A stretch of 63,594 bases of DNA, the filler included. It is 4 parts of 4 records of this genome, joined end to end, with 100 filler letters (N's around TTAATTAATTAA, not from the genome) between each part and the next. Parts side by side here need not be neighbours in the genome. Positions count along the whole stretch, not along the records: positions 40,047 to 53,613 come from DRR723986_3497; positions 53,714 to 63,594 come from DRR723986_3498; 2 more parts are not named here. The stretch is one strand, 5' to 3'. This document shows positions 48,710-60,069 of the stretch, in pieces. The translations under genes were made by a program, and so were the position numbers. Each line of letters begins with the position of its first letter. Position 1 is the stretch's first letter. Below the pieces are notes generated by a model that made no database searches, was not told where the DNA came from, and was given only the letters and a program-made list of their open reading frames with translations.

Positions 48710-51700
48710 ATGTCTAAACATTCACTACAACTCATAAGCAGCATAACAAAAGTGCTCGGGAGTCTCGGCTTCATCACAGGCATGATGATACTTACGGCAC
48801 CTGTACAGCAGCGCGCCGTAAATAACGAACCGGCGAGAATTAATGCAAGTCTGGGTGACTTGGCAGATCCTCCACTCCTTGAAAGTTATTATGTACATGA
48901 GCGTAATGCCGATACTGTGCTGAGTGGAAGTGATATTTCTTCCAGTTCTGCCATGGCTCTTGTTCTACATTCAGATCCCTTCCCAGTTTACTGTGCAGAC
49001 AGATGTATTAAATCTGCAAAATTGTTTGTAAGATTTGATGCCAACGGTACAAATGGCAACTTTGAGTATGGAAAGGCGATATTTCACGCTGACATTACGG
49101 TCACGGTTTCCAAACGAACTGAATTCGATGCTCTTATTGGTACATCCAGTATCCAGCAGTTAAACATCGGTACCTCGGCCGATTCGGTAGCACCTGAACA
49201 ATGGTTTGTATATGACGTGACTGACGATCATCCAGACAACTGCGATAATTCAGGGAATAGCGATTTTTTCAAAGTTAATATTGAAGTCGATGCCCTTAAC
49301 CTACCCGGTGGCGCACTTAACGACAGCCTGCGTCTGGAATGCCGACTTGTGGAAGAGTACGCGATCGAAGCACAAAGAGACGGCGTCAGTTGCGGCGATC
49401 CCGCGTCACGTCTGATAGCGCCTATTCCGGCAGTCTCGGCGCACCCCATGAATTTCAGTTGGCAGCATGTTAACTGCCCGGAAGACTCATTCCCGAACTA
49501 TCAATTCCAGCTTTTGCGCTTGTTTAACACCGATGTAAGTTTGCGCCAAACACCCAAGGAAATCACAACTGTGATTGATTGGGATAAGGCCTTAACTCTT
49601 GAAACCTATGGGCCCAAGCAAGAGATTTCTCTTACATTGGCTGAGGGTACGGGCTTCTACATTTGGCGTGTGCGGCCGATTGGTGACGCATTTGAGGGCG
49701 GAGTTGCCAACGATAAAAACTGGGGCTGTTGGTCCTGGTCACCGCCGGATGATACAACGATGACGATTGAGTTAACGGGGTCCAGCTATAGCCCTGGAAA
49801 CTATGAAGACTGTCTGGTGTATTATTATCAGTTTGACGATACGCTTAACTTTATCTATGGCCGAACTTTCAGTGAAGGACAGAATAGCGTTCCGGGAATA
49901 TCGGAAACCATTAACTATGCTGATGGTCTGCTGTTTAGTCGTCAGCAGCAGGCGCGCCTGCAGTCGCAGGACTGTGTGCTTGTGTCCGGGTCAGTATACG
50001 ACTACAGCGGTCGCCCCTCACTTGCGCCATTGGGTGCGCCGGTTAACCAAAACAAGTTTGATTATGTCAATGAATTATATACTGCTGATGGCGAACTCTA
50101 TCGTGCTGAGCACTTTGACACCGATGCGAACTACCGCAGCCCTGAACTTCTTGATGGTGGCCCGGTAGCCGAATATTGGTCGAGTGTTAACCCTGATCGC
50201 CAGATCCCCTCCGCCGATTCGCTGGCTTTTGCGCGTACATTGTTTAATCCCGAAGCATCCGGCCGCGTACAGGAACAGTCGGGGCCGGGCCGTATACACA
50301 GCCTCTATGGTGGCCGTACGGTCAAGACTATTTACAGTGGCTCTAGTGATAAAGAACTCGTAAGCGTTTTTGGTGACGAAGCGCCCTATGTTGACGGTGT
50401 TACTCGCGTGTTGTCGGTAGATCAGAATAACGTTGCTTCGGTGCAGTACCTGGAAAAAGAGGGACGCGTGCTGGCTACGGCGCTAATATGGCAGCCGGGC
50501 AACGATAGTTTGCTGAGGCCACTGGATCAGGAAACCATCGCCAACAACACTGTTAATGCACTGACAATTGCAGACACGATTAATACTCCTACCTCACTTA
50601 CAAGCCTGTTTGAAGTGCACGGGGTGCGCACAATGTACCTTAGTGATACGGTCGACGTGACGCTGCGCTACAGCATCAACCCGCAAAGTTTTGTAGTGGC
50701 CTGCCAGGACTTTTGCCGTACATGCGATTACCATATTGTGCGTTCGTTCCGCCGCGTAGGAACGGGCGACAGCGCCTTGTACAGAGATACGATTGTAATT
50801 GATCCACAGTCCTGCCCGGCCGAGGTCAGTCAGTTTGCCGACGTGACGGTAGAAGCCGCTCCCGGCTTGTATCGTCTGGAACGCTGGGTGGAGACCAACA
50901 GGAAGGATACAATTGCCGGATCGGACGGAGATCTGGTGCGTCCGATTCTTGATAATTATTGTGATACGGTTCGGACTGCCTACCTCGACGTATTAAATGA
51001 CTCGCTGGAATCGATTTTTGGCGCGGACTTCTTGCTGCAGTATTACCATCCGGATTCAACAAAGTCAGGTGAGTTGTACGACTCGCTGCTGAAACGCTAT
51101 TTAAACTATTATGCAGAGCTGGATTCCACCAAGCTGGTGGAGATCGACACATGTTGCTCCATCTGGCTCCCCCCGTCACCTTGTGTTAATGGTTGTGATC
51201 CGCCGGTGAATTTTGAGGAATATCTCTTCGATCTGTGGCGCGATTCTCTGGAGTATGTGTCTAATGACCTGGATGTCTTTTTTCGTGACTATAGCGGGCT
51301 ACCGCTGTTTACTGCTGCACCACAGGATACCGGGCTGTTTAATACAATGATTGTTGATATGCAATCTGAAGGATATGACTGTTATGACTTGTGGCGTTGT
51401 TGGCAGGGGCTGGTAGAAACGTTGCCGGGGCGTTTGTTCCAGCGCGATACTACCACGCTTGATTTGCTGGTTCAGGCCGACACTCTGGTTTATGGCACCG
51501 GCTACGACCTACTTGAAAGTTTCATGAACTGCGCAGGCAGACGTTTAAGTGAATTTTCCGCAAGTGCTTATGGTGCCAACGGCTACCTGCAGTACCCCTG
51601 GCGTATTTATCTGGAACCCGGCAGTGAATGCAAAACTGAAGCCGGTTATGTTCCCCTTGGATTTCCAGGTGACACACTCTGGCACCTTTCGATTGCCAAT

Positions 51701-53613
51701 GACTCGCAGCTTGTCTATGAAAATCATAAGAGGCTGTACCATTGTGCCCGATCCAAGCAGCGCAAGGAAAGCGACTCCCTGCGGTTCGTTAACTCTTTCG
51801 GCGGTGAGGTGCCGGACATCGACTGCGGCTCCACAAGTCTGGATGCATGCATGGACAGTGTCGCTGCGGTCATGGTTGATAGTTGTGAAGCACGCTGCGC
51901 AGCACGAAGTCAGCGTTTTCGTGATTCACTGGCCTATGCATTTACCGAACATGGAACATTTATTCAGCGTGTTGACTCTCTGGGAGTCAACTATAGTAGC
52001 CTCAAACCCGAGGGACCACTGCGCGATACGATCAGCGCAGTCGAGTTTAACTGTCTGGCAGATATGATCATGGGGCACTGTGATGATCAATGTCAGTTAA
52101 CCGTCGTAAAGGCCGATGGAAAAGTTGTTTCGATGGGAACGGAGGAAGAACTCATCAATCATCAGAAAGCGCGCACCAGTACGTTCTTTAAGATTGATCT
52201 TCCAGAAATGTGCGGCGACTGTCCGGATTCGGAATATTACCGAATTATTGACTCGGTCTACACCGATACAATGTTGTTAAAAGCCATCGATACACTTAAT
52301 TGTCACCTGCAGGCAATGCGGGATACAATGACCAATACGATAGAGTTCTGGAAATTCTACGACTCATATTTGGTGGCCGCCGGAATATATGGACCTCTCA
52401 TGTCCTGCTTGCCGGATACTGCAGAGCGCCTGCTGGTACACAAAGATATACCCAGCCGCTTCCGCCGGGAACAGACCTATAATCCGGCAACGCTGGGGTA
52501 TACCTGCCAAATTGTATATGTGACTCCGGTCTTGGAAAACTTTGAGCAGGAGGAAACCAATCAACACGTTCTGGTTGATGTTCTGAATGACTATCTGGAT
52601 GAAGTCTGGGCACTTGAAGTCGGCACCGATAGTTTCTCGGAGACAGACCATGCAGACATTGCGCATCTGAATGTTTCTGATTATTACCGCTGGTCGGGAG
52701 GGAGTTACTTTGATCCTTCGCTGGATCCACTCCACCATGCATGGGACTCGTGTTACAATGACTCCACGCAGCAGTGGGAATATTGTGACAGGTTTTTGAC
52801 ATGTGTTAATGCGTCTTCCGGCCCTGTCACGCTCCCCGATGTCGTGAATATCAATTCGGCAACTACAAGTCGCTTCCGCAGGAGTCCGGGAGATTCGGTG
52901 CAGGCGCTTGTTGGAACGTACGGCTTTGAATTCTATGGAATTGCAGACACAACAAACTTCAGTATTAGCTTGCGCGATGGTGACCGCATTAACAATAGCT
53001 TGCTGTCGATCGATTTGATCATTGACATCAATGGTCGGAAAGACACCTGCCGGTTTAACACCAGCCCGGAAAAACGCGAATTAACAAACCTTCTCGACTC
53101 GAACTTTCGTGCTGCGATTGGTTATTTCCGCCAGGGACTGGATGGGGCCATTGAATTCTATCTGCCCAGTAAAGGTCGTGTTTTCAGTATGGGAACCACG
53201 ATTATTGCGTGTAACGGCCCGTGTGATATTCGCCAGAATATCTGTGATTTCTATTGTGACACTCTCCGTTGTGACCGCGTGTGTTTCAAATGGACGGATC
53301 CACCGGAGGTGGAAAGCGATCAACTTTTGCCAAAGTCCTGTGCGCAGTTGGCAATTGAGCAGATTCTGCCCCATGTGGAGTCGCAACTATATGACGGATG
53401 CCTTGAGCAAACTTTGCAGGAAGTCAAAACATCCTACGCCAATGCCTGCGGACTACCGGCAGCACTTGACGACGAATTCATTGCCGAGTACAGTTCAGGC
53501 TTCTACCACTATACACTCTACTACTACGACCGCGCCGGCAACTTGATTAAAACAATTCCGCCGGCAGGTGTTGATCTTGAATTTGCCGACACCTTGACAC
53601 GTAATGCGCGGCC
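48710..53613 (+). CDS. Giant (>1630 aa, 3'-truncated) Rhs/YD-like protein with a Cys-rich central region
   Basis: Hydrophobic N-terminal segment; Fn3-like block (FSWQ..YQFQL..YIWRVRP); Rhs-start-like block (INYADGL..QQQ..YDYSGRP..GRVQEQSGPG..VDQNN); about 48 Cys by hand count; ends YHYTLYYYDRAGNLIKTIPP at the gap. Confidence 0.75.
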
Positions 53614-53713
53614 NNNNNNNNNNNNNNNNNNNNNNNNNNNNNNNNNNNNNNNNNNNNTTAATTAATTAANNNNNNNNNNNNNNNNNNNNNNNNNNNNNNN
53701 NNNNNNNNNNNNN
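53614..53713. other. Artificial contig linker
   Basis: N44-TTAATTAATTAA-N44. Confidence 0.98.
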
Positions 53714-53738
53714 GCTCACAGCCCTAAGGGCTGTGAGC
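53714..53738. repeat. REP-like perfect hairpin (11-bp stem, TAA loop)
   Basis: GCTCACAGCCC-TAA-GGGCTGTGAGC. Confidence 0.7.
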
Positions 53739-54032
53739 CGTAACTCTACGGGGCTTGAGTCTCGCCGCAGACCCAAAACCTCCAGCCACGGCGCTCAGCG
53801 CCTAACATAAACAAGAAGTAAGCCACCGGAACGCAGTGAAGGGGCGAAGCGCTCTGAAAGCGCCAGAGAAATCACTGGCGCAACATCGCTGCCCGAATGC
53901 GTGAAACGAAACTGTGCAAAATGCCAAAGCCCGAAACCACGGCACAAATCTCGCTGCCAAGCATTCTGGCCCACAAACATTCTGGCCCTAAATATTCTGC
54001 CACCAGGCATTGCGCTGCCAACGTTCTACCAC

Positions 54033-54068
54033 AAAAAAAGCCGCCAGACAGTGCGTCCAGCGGCTCTT
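54033..54068 (-). terminator. Possible terminator after the FKBP gene
   Basis: A-run followed by an AGCCGC..GCGGCT imperfect stem. Confidence 0.45.
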
Positions 54069-54123
54069 GAAGTATTAATCCTGCGATTGTAATATCTGGG
54101 CGTGTTGCCCAGTACGTGATTCT

Positions 54124-55044
54124 TTAGAAGTCCTCGTCCGGAGCGTCCTTGACTTCGAAGAGTTCGACGTCGAGCATGAGTGTTGTGTTGGCCGGAACGT
54201 CGTTGACTTCCTCGCTGCCAAAGGCATATTTAGGTGGGACGATAAAACGAGCCTTGCCGCCGGCTTTCATATACAGCAGACCAATGTCGAGGCCTTCGAG
54301 TGTCGGTGCTACACCAACGGGGATCGTCTGTTTCATTTCGACTTCCACGGTGCTGTTGTACAGTGCTGAGTCCTTTACACCCCAAACGTTGACGTGAAAA
54401 ACGGCGAGATCACCCTTTTGGGGTTGGCGGCCCGTGCCTTCTTCTACGTGCAGAATTTTGATGCCTTCGTCCGTGACGTCCTCGCGTGCACCTTGCGGAA
54501 TGTCAAACAAACGGGCGTTGCGGCGTAGATCGAGTAACTCAACTACGTAGCGCAGATTTGAGTTTGGTGGGACGTCGTTACCAACACCCTCGTCGCCATA
54601 GGCCAGGCTGTCGGGAATAATCAGGACGCGGGTGCCACCTTCGCGCATGCCAATCAGGCCTTCTTCCCAGCCGGCGATAGCTTCTTCCTGACCGATTGTA
54701 AAGATATAGGGGCGATTCGCCTCGTAGGAGTCATCGACCAGCCACTGCTGCTTGGTGGAGTCCTTGCCCCAGTCGTGGTACAAATCTTCTGTGCCGTCCT
54801 TGATAACCCAGCCGAGGTAGTGTGTGCGCAACATTACGCCTTCCTCGACGGCTTCGCCGGTGCCGACGTCGCTATCGAAGTACTTCAGGCCGGATGGAGT
54901 TTCAACAAGACTCTCTGGAAGGGAAATAGGCTCGGGGCTCTCGGGCTGGTCGGCCTGTCCGCATGCGACGATGAAGACGCACAGGGTCAGCAGGCCAGAT
55001 AAACTCACAGATTTCAGCACTAGACTGTACCTCAACAGATTCAA
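54124..55044 (-). CDS. FKBP-type peptidyl-prolyl isomerase lipoprotein with two FKBP domains
   Basis: Lipobox IVAC; TPSGLKY..GTG; IAGWEEGLIGMREGGTRVLIIPDSLAYG; second domain GGKARFIVPPKYAFG..VPANTTLMLDVEL. Confidence 0.93.
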   Translation of the reverse strand: MNLLRYSLVLKSVSLSGLLTLCVFIVACGQADQPESPEPISLPESLVETPSGLKYFDSDVGTGEAVEEGVMLRTHYLGWVIKDGTEDLYHDWGKDSTKQQWLVDDSYEANRPYIFTIGQEEAIAGWEEGLIGMREGGTRVLIIPDSLAYGDEGVGNDVPPNSNLRYVVELLDLRRNARLFDIPQGAREDVTDEGIKILHVEEGTGRQPQKGDLAVFHVNVWGVKDSALYNSTVEVEMKQTIPVGVAPTLEGLDIGLLYMKAGGKARFIVPPKYAFGSEEVNDVPANTTLMLDVELFEVKDAPDEDF

Positions 55045-55482
55045 CTTAAGATTCGGATAGGATAAGCGATAGCTCGCGACCGGAATGTAGGCATGTCAAT
55101 TTACAGAAATTACACAATTTGTATAGTACGCTGCTGTCCTGCTATGCCAAACGGGTGCTGTGTAGTGCCAGACCTGCGGCTGCCGGTACAGAGACCTTGA
55201 CACGTGATTGCGGAATTGGCCACGCACCGGCCAATATCGTTCATGACCGTGCGGCCTGGGCTTTGACGCAGACTTTTCCGCAGAGGCTGATACGCTGTAA
55301 CTGTTTGCAACGCCGGCCAGATGTGCGTGTCTGTACACGTGGATGGCCGCTTGCATAGCCGCGTGCGCCACTGGTCTGCTCCACGATTGCCCCACGATAG
55401 CTCAGGGTGGATCGTCTGCGCTGGGAAGCAATTGACATCACATGTTTTTGACATCATCATTATTGCCGGACGGAGGCTCGAT

Positions 55483-55974
55483 ATGCAGATCGGCGAACGT
55501 CTTAAACAATTTGCGCGTGATTTTCCGGGCGGAATTGAGGCTCTGGCCAAACACACCGGCTGGCAGCCACACCGGCTGTATCCGATTCTGCACGACCGCG
55601 AAGAACCCTCGCTGGCGCTGCTGCAGGCGCTGGCGCGCGCCGGTTGTGACCTGAACTGGCTGGCACTTGGAGATGAAGTGCCGCAGCAGCAAACAATTCT
55701 GACTGCCGAGTTTGAGCCCGGTGTGTCCAGTTTGCCCGATTCTTCACCAAGTTCACAAACCCCGCCGCAGGCAACCGAACATACCGAGGCCCGCGTGCCA
55801 CAGGCAAATGTGCTGCATTTACCGACGGAACCTTCTGCGAACTCTGGGAAGACAGCCAATGCAGACGCAAATCCGAACAGCGGTGATGTAGAAATGCTGC
55901 CGATTGACGCGTTATCACCAAATGCGATCCGCTCCCTCAACATCAATATCAAACCAGCTGAAAAAGACGAATAA
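55483..55974 (+). CDS. XRE-like helix-turn-helix protein with a disordered C-terminal tail
   Basis: GGAGG before the ATG at 55483; MQIGERLK..LAKHTG..EPSLALLQAL..DLNWLALG. Confidence 0.7.
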   Translation: MQIGERLKQFARDFPGGIEALAKHTGWQPHRLYPILHDREEPSLALLQALARAGCDLNWLALGDEVPQQQTILTAEFEPGVSSLPDSSPSSQTPPQATEHTEARVPQANVLHLPTEPSANSGKTANADANPNSGDVEMLPIDALSPNAIRSLNINIKPAEKDE

Positions 55975-56262
55975 GCACGGCGGCGGCATTCACCTGCGTT
56001 TAGCTAAACTTTGCGATCAATGGACTGTACGGCAACAGTAGGGGACAATATGTCTCTGACGATTAACACGATTGCCGGGACGTTTAAGCAGAATAGCAAT
56101 CCGTTTAGCTGCTTCGCTGCCAGAAAATTGCGGCATTAGTGGTATATTTTGGTTTGAGTTAATTGGTCGGGTCCACCGACCCGCGCCAGGCAATTTAGAG
56201 CTCTCCGGCTCCGAAAAACGCTCAGCGTACGCTAGACCAGTGGAACCTAATGGTGAAAGAGA

Positions 56263-58827
56263 ATGGCGAAACAGCAAGCCCGTAGCCGCACGACATCCGC
56301 AACCCGCAAAGGCACACTCCCGAACAAAAAACCGCTTATCCCCGAGAAGTATCAGGGATATCTATACTGTGGTTTGTTGATTCTAAGCATCATCGTGTTT
56401 TTCCAGGAAGCTATCTTCAGCGGTAGTTTTCAGACCTCGGATAACGTGGCGGCACAAAGCTTTTTGCCCTTTCTGGATAAGGCGGAGGCCGACGGCGAGT
56501 TTGCCGAATGGATGCCCTACATCTTCAGCGGTTTTCCGGGTTACCCGGCGCAGTTAATGACGGGTGAGCGCTGGTGGGATGTAATTGGCAACATTTTCTT
56601 TGGGACCACGCTGTGGCTGGAGGATGTTCTCAATTCCGATGCCGCGCGCGTCAGCATCTTCTACATGTTGTATGCAGTTGGCATGTATCTGCTGATGCGG
56701 CAGTGGAAGCAGGAGCGTTTTGCCGCTTTTTTTACGGCATTTGCGGCGGTGTTTACGACGCTCGTGATAACCTGGATAATGATTGGCCACAACACCAAGC
56801 CGATCATGATCATGACCTTTCCGTTCCTGATTTTATGTCTTGAAAACTTGCGGCATAAGTTCTCCTGGCTCTACGCCGGGCTGCTGGGTTTGACGGTGCA
56901 TATCCTCTTTGAGCCGGGCGCGATGCATCACCAGGTGGCATACTATGGCCTGATGATGCTGGCGATCTACTTCATCTATCACCTGGTGGTGGCGCTGCGC
57001 GATAAGACGCAGATGCGCGGATGGACACGAGCGATTCTGCTGACGACACTTGCCGGCGGAATCGCCTTTGGGATGGCGGCTGACCGCTTCCTTTCCAACC
57101 TGGAATATCAGCCATATTCGACGCGTGGCACCGCGCCGCTGGTTAATATTTTGCAGGCCGGCGACAACGTGGAAGAAGTTGAGGAACGCGGCGACCGCGA
57201 GTATGCTACGAGCTACAGCTTTGATCCGGCGGAGATACGCGCCTGGTTTGTGCCAAATTATTACGGTTTTGGCCGCCTGACCTACGAAGGCCCCGAAGTG
57301 CCGCGAGCCATGCAGCTGAACACCTATTTTGGAAGTAAACCTATCTCCGATGCCGCGATATACTGGGGCATTGGAGTTCTGTTTTTGGCAGTCTTTGGAG
57401 CGGTCTGGTATTGGCGTGAAAAACGTGTGCGTTTTCTGGTTATCATGTGCGGCATAGCGCTGCTGACCTCCTTTGGCTCACACTTCTCACTGCTCTACGA
57501 CCTGTTTTACTATTTCCTGCCCGGCTTTAAGATTTTCCGCGCACCGGAGACCATTCTGGTGCTGTTCTCCTTTGGCCTGGCGATTCTTGCCGGACACGGC
57601 GTTGCCGGTGTGATGCAGGCCATGCGTGACCACAAACTGGGTGCGGTGCGCAGCAAACACCTTTTGTATGGCCTGGGATTTGCTGCGGCCTTCCTGGCGC
57701 TGGGTGTGATTTACCCTTCGGTATTTGGCGACGCCTACCGAGCGTCCGCCGGCGAAGTGCTTATGCCACGTGGTTATCCGCAATCGATTGTCGACTTTGT
57801 GTATGACAGCATGATGAAGGACTGGTACGTGACGGCTGCGCTGGCGCTGGCATTCATGCTGGTTTCGCTGCTGGCTGTGCGCGGCAAACTCAAGATGGGG
57901 CTTTACATTCCATTGATGCTGGTTCTGCTGGTTTTTGACCTGTGGCGCGTTGACTATCGCCCGATGGAAGTTGCTGAGCAGCGCATGGAAGCCAGTATTC
58001 AGCAGAGCGACGTTGAACAATTTTTGATGAAGGATGAAGACCTGTTCCGCATCGCCGAGTTCAAACGCCAGAACCAGACGGCGTACTTCTTCCTGCAAAA
58101 CATCCACGGTTATAGTTCGGCTAAGCTGCGCATCTACCAGGATTTGATGGACATTGCCGGGACTCCCGCGCAGCCGGGGCAAGCGCCGGAGCTGCGCACG
58201 GGCAACAGCTTCATTACCAATCCTTTTCTGTGGGACCTGCTGAACGTAAAGTACATCGTGTTTCCGCAGCAGATTCCGGGGCAGCGCGAACTCTTTCAGT
58301 CGGCGCAAACCGGTGAGTTTGTGTACCGCAATCAGACGCAGCTGCCGCGCGCCTTTTTTGTGGACAGCGTGGCAATTGCCAAACAGGAAGAAATTCTGTT
58401 TGCGATTCGCGATGCCGCCTTTGATCCGCTCAGTGTCGCCTATCTGGAAGAAGCGCTGCCGGACGGCCAGAAAATTGATCCGACAGGCCCGGCCGCCAAG
58501 GCCGAAGTCACGAAGTTTGGCAATCACGAGATTGACGTCAAAGTCACAGCCACGGGCAACAATCTGCTGTTCCTGAGTGAGGTATTTTATCCGGTGGCCT
58601 GGCATGCCTACATCGACGGCAAAGAAATCCCGATTCACAAAACCAATTTCGCCTTCCGCTCGGTAGTTGTGCCGCCAGGCGAGCATACGATTGAGTTTCG
58701 TTATGAGGCGCGCAGGTCGTGGATCAAATACCTCGAATTTGCACTCAATCTGCTCGTGCTTGGCGGCCTGATCTTTGGGATCTATACGGCGGTCAACGAG
58801 CGCAAAAACGCTCAGGCCAAAGATTAA
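56263..58827 (+). CDS. YfhO-family polytopic membrane protein (GT-C-like)
   Basis: WMPYIFSGFP; many TMs; FRAPE; GYSSAKL; LLNVKY; LPRAFF; LSEVFYP.WHAYIDGK. Confidence 0.9.
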   Translation: MAKQQARSRTTSATRKGTLPNKKPLIPEKYQGYLYCGLLILSIIVFFQEAIFSGSFQTSDNVAAQSFLPFLDKAEADGEFAEWMPYIFSGFPGYPAQLMTGERWWDVIGNIFFGTTLWLEDVLNSDAARVSIFYMLYAVGMYLLMRQWKQERFAAFFTAFAAVFTTLVITWIMIGHNTKPIMIMTFPFLILCLENLRHKFSWLYAGLLGLTVHILFEPGAMHHQVAYYGLMMLAIYFIYHLVVALRDKTQMRGWTRAILLTTLAGGIAFGMAADRFLSNLEYQPYSTRGTAPLVNILQAGDNVEEVEERGDREYATSYSFDPAEIRAWFVPNYYGFGRLTYEGPEVPRAMQLNTYFGSKPISDAAIYWGIGVLFLAVFGAVWYWREKRVRFLVIMCGIALLTSFGSHFSLLYDLFYYFLPGFKIFRAPETILVLFSFGLAILAGHGVAGVMQAMRDHKLGAVRSKHLLYGLGFAAAFLALGVIYPSVFGDAYRASAGEVLMPRGYPQSIVDFVYDSMMKDWYVTAALALAFMLVSLLAVRGKLKMGLYIPLMLVLLVFDLWRVDYRPMEVAEQRMEASIQQSDVEQFLMKDEDLFRIAEFKRQNQTAYFFLQNIHGYSSAKLRIYQDLMDIAGTPAQPGQAPELRTGNSFITNPFLWDLLNVKYIVFPQQIPGQRELFQSAQTGEFVYRNQTQLPRAFFVDSVAIAKQEEILFAIRDAAFDPLSVAYLEEALPDGQKIDPTGPAAKAEVTKFGNHEIDVKVTATGNNLLFLSEVFYPVAWHAYIDGKEIPIHKTNFAFRSVVVPPGEHTIEFRYEARRSWIKYLEFALNLLVLGGLIFGIYTAVNERKNAQAKD

Positions 58828-59044
58828 TGTAAAACGTACAATGTGCACGGCATATGCCTCGTCGCATTGGCTCCACTCACGTGGCCCGGAGTAGACATGT
58901 CTTGTTATCCGGAATGGGGAATTCTGCCGGCCGTTTCAGGCGGCCGCAGTACACCGGAACCCCGCAACGTGCATTCTGGCGGCCACAAAGTAAACTTCAT
59001 CAAGTCTCCGGAAAGTCCGGTTGCCTGAACGCAGGATATACGCT

Positions 59045-60022
59045 ATGGAAGTACAAAAGACTATTCTCGATGCCATCGGTTCTACACCAATGGTTCAACT
59101 CAACCGCGTTGCCGCGGACGTAACACCGCGCCTTTACGCCAAGGTCGAATTCCTGAATCCCTCGGGATCTGTCAAGGACCGCATGGCGCGTTACCTGGTG
59201 GAAGATGCCGAACGTCGCGGCCTGCTCAAGCCCGGCAGCACGATTGTAGAGAACTCCTCCGGCAACACCGGCTCAGCGCTGGCAATGATTGCGGCAGTCA
59301 AAGGCTACCGTTGCATCATTACGATGCCCGACAAAATGAGCGACGAAAAACAAAATCTGATGCGCGCTTTTGGCGCAGAAGTGATTGTGACGCCCACGGA
59401 CGTCCCCGCAGACTCGCCCGAGAGTTACTACTCCACGGCGCGGCGGATTGCCAAGGAAACTCCCGGCGCATGGTATCCTGATCAATACAACAACCCGCGT
59501 AATATCGATGCGCACTACGAGACGACCGGACCCGAAATCTGGCGTCAGATGGACGGCAAGATCGACTACCTCGTTGCTGGAATTGGCACAGGTGGTACGC
59601 TCAGTGGTGCCGGCCGCTTTCTGAAAGAGCAGAATCCCGACATTAAGATCGTAGCCGTCGACCCGATTGGTTCGGTATTTTACGACTACCATCATCACGG
59701 CAAACCCGGCGAGCCGAATGTCTATCACGTTGAGGGCATTGGCGAAGACTACGTCGTTGAAGCTGTAGACTTCAGTCTGCTGGATGACATCGTCCAGGTT
59801 GACGATCACGAATCGTTTGAGTACGCACAAGCTCTGGCACGCCAGGAAGGTTTGTTTGCCGGTGGTTCGAGCGGCAGCGCGTTAAGTGGCGCCCTCAAAG
59901 TGGCGGCGGGCATCGACGAAGACAAATCGATCGTCATTATTCTGCCCGACTCCGGCGCACGTTACCTTAGCAAAATTTACAATAAAGCCTGGATGCAAGC
60001 CAAGGGTTTTGCAACGGCATAA
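59045..60022 (+). CDS. PLP-dependent cystathionine beta-synthase / cysteine synthase family protein
   Basis: IGSTP, KVEFLNPSGSVKDR, SSGNTG, GIGTGGT, EGIG, GGSSG, PDSGARYLSK. Confidence 0.93.
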   Translation: MEVQKTILDAIGSTPMVQLNRVAADVTPRLYAKVEFLNPSGSVKDRMARYLVEDAERRGLLKPGSTIVENSSGNTGSALAMIAAVKGYRCIITMPDKMSDEKQNLMRAFGAEVIVTPTDVPADSPESYYSTARRIAKETPGAWYPDQYNNPRNIDAHYETTGPEIWRQMDGKIDYLVAGIGTGGTLSGAGRFLKEQNPDIKIVAVDPIGSVFYDYHHHGKPGEPNVYHVEGIGEDYVVEAVDFSLLDDIVQVDDHESFEYAQALARQEGLFAGGSSGSALSGALKVAAGIDEDKSIVIILPDSGARYLSKIYNKAWMQAKGFATA

Positions 60023-60069
60023 AAACTTCATTGGCCGATCCGGCAATTAAACAAGGAATAACGTTAATT

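Noticed and set aside
53960-54010. Degenerate CATTCTGGCCC-like repeats
   Set aside because: Only 2-3 short irregular copies; nothing supports a function.
55110-55952. 280-aa minus-strand ORF
   Set aside because: Cys/Ser/Arg-rich with no motifs, and antisense to the HTH gene, which has a good RBS.
57487-58848. 453-aa minus-strand ORF
   Set aside because: Entirely antisense to the well-supported YfhO gene; shadow ORF with no motifs.
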